Below, one piece after another: positions 60,884 through 64,000 of a DNA stretch of 64,000 nt. Within the stretch, counting starts at the first letter, position 1. Every line of letters starts with the position of its first letter. This DNA is from Eledone cirrhosa (taxonomy: Eukaryota). The notes under the pieces were generated by a model. That model saw nothing but the letters and a program-made list of their open reading frames with translations. It was not told where the DNA came from and made no database searches. Where the stretch lies: contig OZ024743.1 of assembly GCA_964016885.1 (NCBI GenBank), positions 263,686,001 to 263,750,000 of the forward strand, written 5' to 3'. The position numbers and the translations under genes are program-made.

Positions 60884-63800
60884 ACTCTTAGGAAAAAACG
60901 AAGGAAAATAAAATTTTAGGGTAAGGGTATTAGTGAGAAATACCAATCTTATTTAAACCACAAGAAATCTAGATCTATAACAAGAAATTAAATTAATTGA
61001 TAGGTATACTTATAGGGATAAATTTATATTAATTCATATGAATGTGATAAATAAGAATTAGATGTTATTAAAGAGTGTTGTTAAAAACGAAGGAAAGTAA
61101 AATTTTGGGATAGGGGTAGTAGTGAGAAATACTAATCTTATATAAACTACAAGGAATCTAGATTCATAATAGGAAATTAAATTAATTTATAGGTATACTT
61201 TTAGGTATTAATTTTAGGAAAAGAGAGCTGTAAGAGGGAAATAAAATTATGAAGTCCTCTGTAGTAAAGTACTAATTATAGGTTAACTAAATTAAAAAAA
61301 CTAATTATAATCATATGTAAAATATAAGTGTAAGGTGTATATTAATTAGGTTTATAATATTTGAAGGTTCTTCTAATCCTATGATTGCAATATATAATTA
61401 ATTCCTGTCGCTTATTTAATAGGATATCCTTAGATTTCATGATTTCAAAAGGTTTCTGGGAGCATAACCTACACTCGTATCTGATATTTTGATAAGGGGT
61501 GGCCCTTTTGAGCAAACTCAAGGTTAGGTTGTAATTGATATTCTTCTTTCTATAATTAATAATTGTTTCATCCAAGGATGCGGCATTTTAAAAACTATGT
61601 TTGTGGGTATTAAATCTTATTTTAAATTGGTTAGACGTAGCTCCTATATATGAATAAGTGGCGTCCTTAGTACTAATTTTACATTTATAGACTATGTTAT
61701 TAATAAGACAATTTCCCTTTAATGAGCAATTTCATTTGATTCTACAGTTACAACCATTCGTGAATATTATATGATGGGAGTTAGTCAAATTTGGTGTGGA
61801 ATTTACTCGACTTGTTATAGGTGAAGGAGATGGTGGTTGTTGCGGTTTATTTTAGTATTATGGTTGGTTTGATGTGCTGGTGGTACATTTGTGGGTTTTT
61901 TACATTTATATGCGTTGTACGCACTTATATTTTGTTGTATATTTTTGGTAGGGTAGTAGGAAAATTTGACAGTTGATCTATTTAAACTTTGATGGTATTT
62001 ATGGCTTGGCGGGAAGTTTTTCTCTAGGACAGTAAAAAACTTTTTAGGGATATTATCTTTAATTTGTAGATTAAATGGAGAATTATACCAAGTAACTCGT
62101 CTATTACGGTTTCGATATTGTTTTTTATACGAGAGTTACTATTAGTGAATTTTTATATTTATACGATGTATCAGGATGTTTAAAAAGAGGTCAAGCCACT
62201 ATTACAATATCACTATTACATTTGAAAACACCAGTAAAATAGTCAATTTCCTAGATATAACTTTAGACTTATCTACAGGTATCTACCAACCTTACCATAA
62301 ACCTAACCAAAACTTACATTACATACACTCACAATCCAATCACCCTAGATCTATCCTTAAAAACCTAGCATATAATATCTCACCCAGAATCTCTAAACTT
62401 TCATCTAACCAGGATGTATTTGATAAAAACGCGCCCTTTTATAACGAAGCTTTAGCTAAAAGCCGCCACAAAAACAAATTAGTCTACATACCTTGCACCA
62501 ATAATACTTCAAACAAACAACCCAATTTTACCAACAATCACCAAATGAAAAACCCACACCTAAATGCCACTCATACTACACCCCAAAATACCAACCTAAA
62601 TCTTAATTTCTCTACCTCTTCTCACATAAAATATAATGACTTTCAAAAAAACCATTCATCCTAATACTCCAATATATGTTAACAACATTACTAACAACAT
62701 TCCTAGTAATCAGACTAAAACACCTAAATCAGTTAATCTAACTAAACCTATATATAATAAATTCACTAATAGTAACTCTCTTAGTAAACATCCTGATACA
62801 TCGTATAAATATAATAAATAATATCGAAACCGTAATAGATGGGTTACTTGGTATAATGCTCCATTTAATCTACAAATTAAAGATAATATCCCTAAAAAGT
62901 TTTTTACTATCCTAGAGAAGACTTCCCGTCAAACCATAAATAGCATCAAATTTTAAATAGATCAACTGTCAAATTTTCCTACTCCAATACCAAAAATATA
63001 CAACAAAATATAAGTGCGTACAACGCATATAAATGTAAAAAAACACCCCACAAATATACCACCAACACATCAAACCAAACATAATACTAAAATAAACCGC
63101 AACAAATCACCATCTCCTTCACCTATAACAAGTCGAGTAAATTCTACAGCAAATTTGACTAACTCCCCTGATATAATATTCACGAATGGTTGTAACTGTA
63201 GAATCAAAAGAAATTGTCCATTAAAGGGAAATTGTCTTATTAATAACATAGTCTATAAATGTAAAATTAGCACTAAGGACTCCACTTATTCATATATAGG
63301 AGCTACGTCTAACCAATTTAAAATAAGATTTAATACCCACAAACATAAGCATTAGCTAATACAACATCCTTGGCTGAAACAATTAATAATTATAGAAAGA
63401 AGAATATCAATTACAACCTGACCTGGAGTGTGCTCAAAAGGGCCACCACTTATCAAAATAACAGATACGAGTGTAGGCTATGCTCCCAGGAACTTTTTGA
63501 AATCATGAAATCTAAGTATATCCTATTAAATAAGCGACAGGAATTAATTATATCTTGCAATCATAGAATTAGAAGAACCTTCAAATATTATAAACCTAAT
63601 TAATATACACCTTACACTTATATTTTACATATGATTATAATTAGTTTTTTTAATTTAGTTAACCTATAATTAGTACTTTACTACAGAGAACTTCATAATT
63701 TTATTTCCCTCGTACAGCTCTCTTTTCTTAAAATTAATACCTAAAAGTATACTTATAAATTAATTTAATTTCCTGTTATGACTCTAGATTCCTTGTAGTT

Positions 63801-64000
63801 TATATAAGATTAGTATTTCTCACTACTACCTTTATCCCAAAATTTTACTTTCCTTCCTTTTTAACAACAATTTTTAATAGCATCTAATTCTTATTTATCA
63901 CATTCATATGAATTAATATAAATTTATCCCTATAAGTATACCTATCAATTAATTTAATATCTTGTTATAGATCTATATTTTTTTTATTTTTTTAATAAGA
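60884..64000. mobile_element. Naiad-like PLE with a ~1.3-kb inverted duplication
   Basis: Plus arm 62176-64000 has VNFLDI, YQPYHKPN, SNHP, CNCRIKRNCPLKGNC, YIGATS and CRLC..CNH. Minus arm 60884-62178 mirrors about 62750-64000. Confidence 0.88.

Overview
This is AT-rich eukaryotic intergenic or intronic DNA packed with microsatellites and retroelements. The repeat landscape resembles a cephalopod (Octopus-type) genome, which is an inference. No host gene can be identified with confidence. The window holds two inverted copies of an R4/Dong-type LINE, several RTE-type LINEs (one with three C-terminal C2H2 fingers, present in tandem) and a Tx1/L1-type 3' fragment with a 31-bp target-site duplication (TSD). 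It also holds about eight Penelope-like element (PLE) fragments, a Chapaev3-like transposase remnant, MITEs and many tRNA-derived SINEs. The least obvious signal is non-coding: manual folding gives more than a dozen hammerhead-ribozyme (HHR) motifs from about eight sequence families, mostly in or near (TA)n tracts. These include a 483-bp tandem retrozyme-like unit with two intact HHRs, a U3:A8 compensatory-core variant, an HHR with a ~115-nt stem II, and palindromes built on half-HHRs. A separate ~570-640-bp tandem non-coding family carries an unassigned conserved motif. All folds were done by eye and all family names come from recalled motifs, not database searches.
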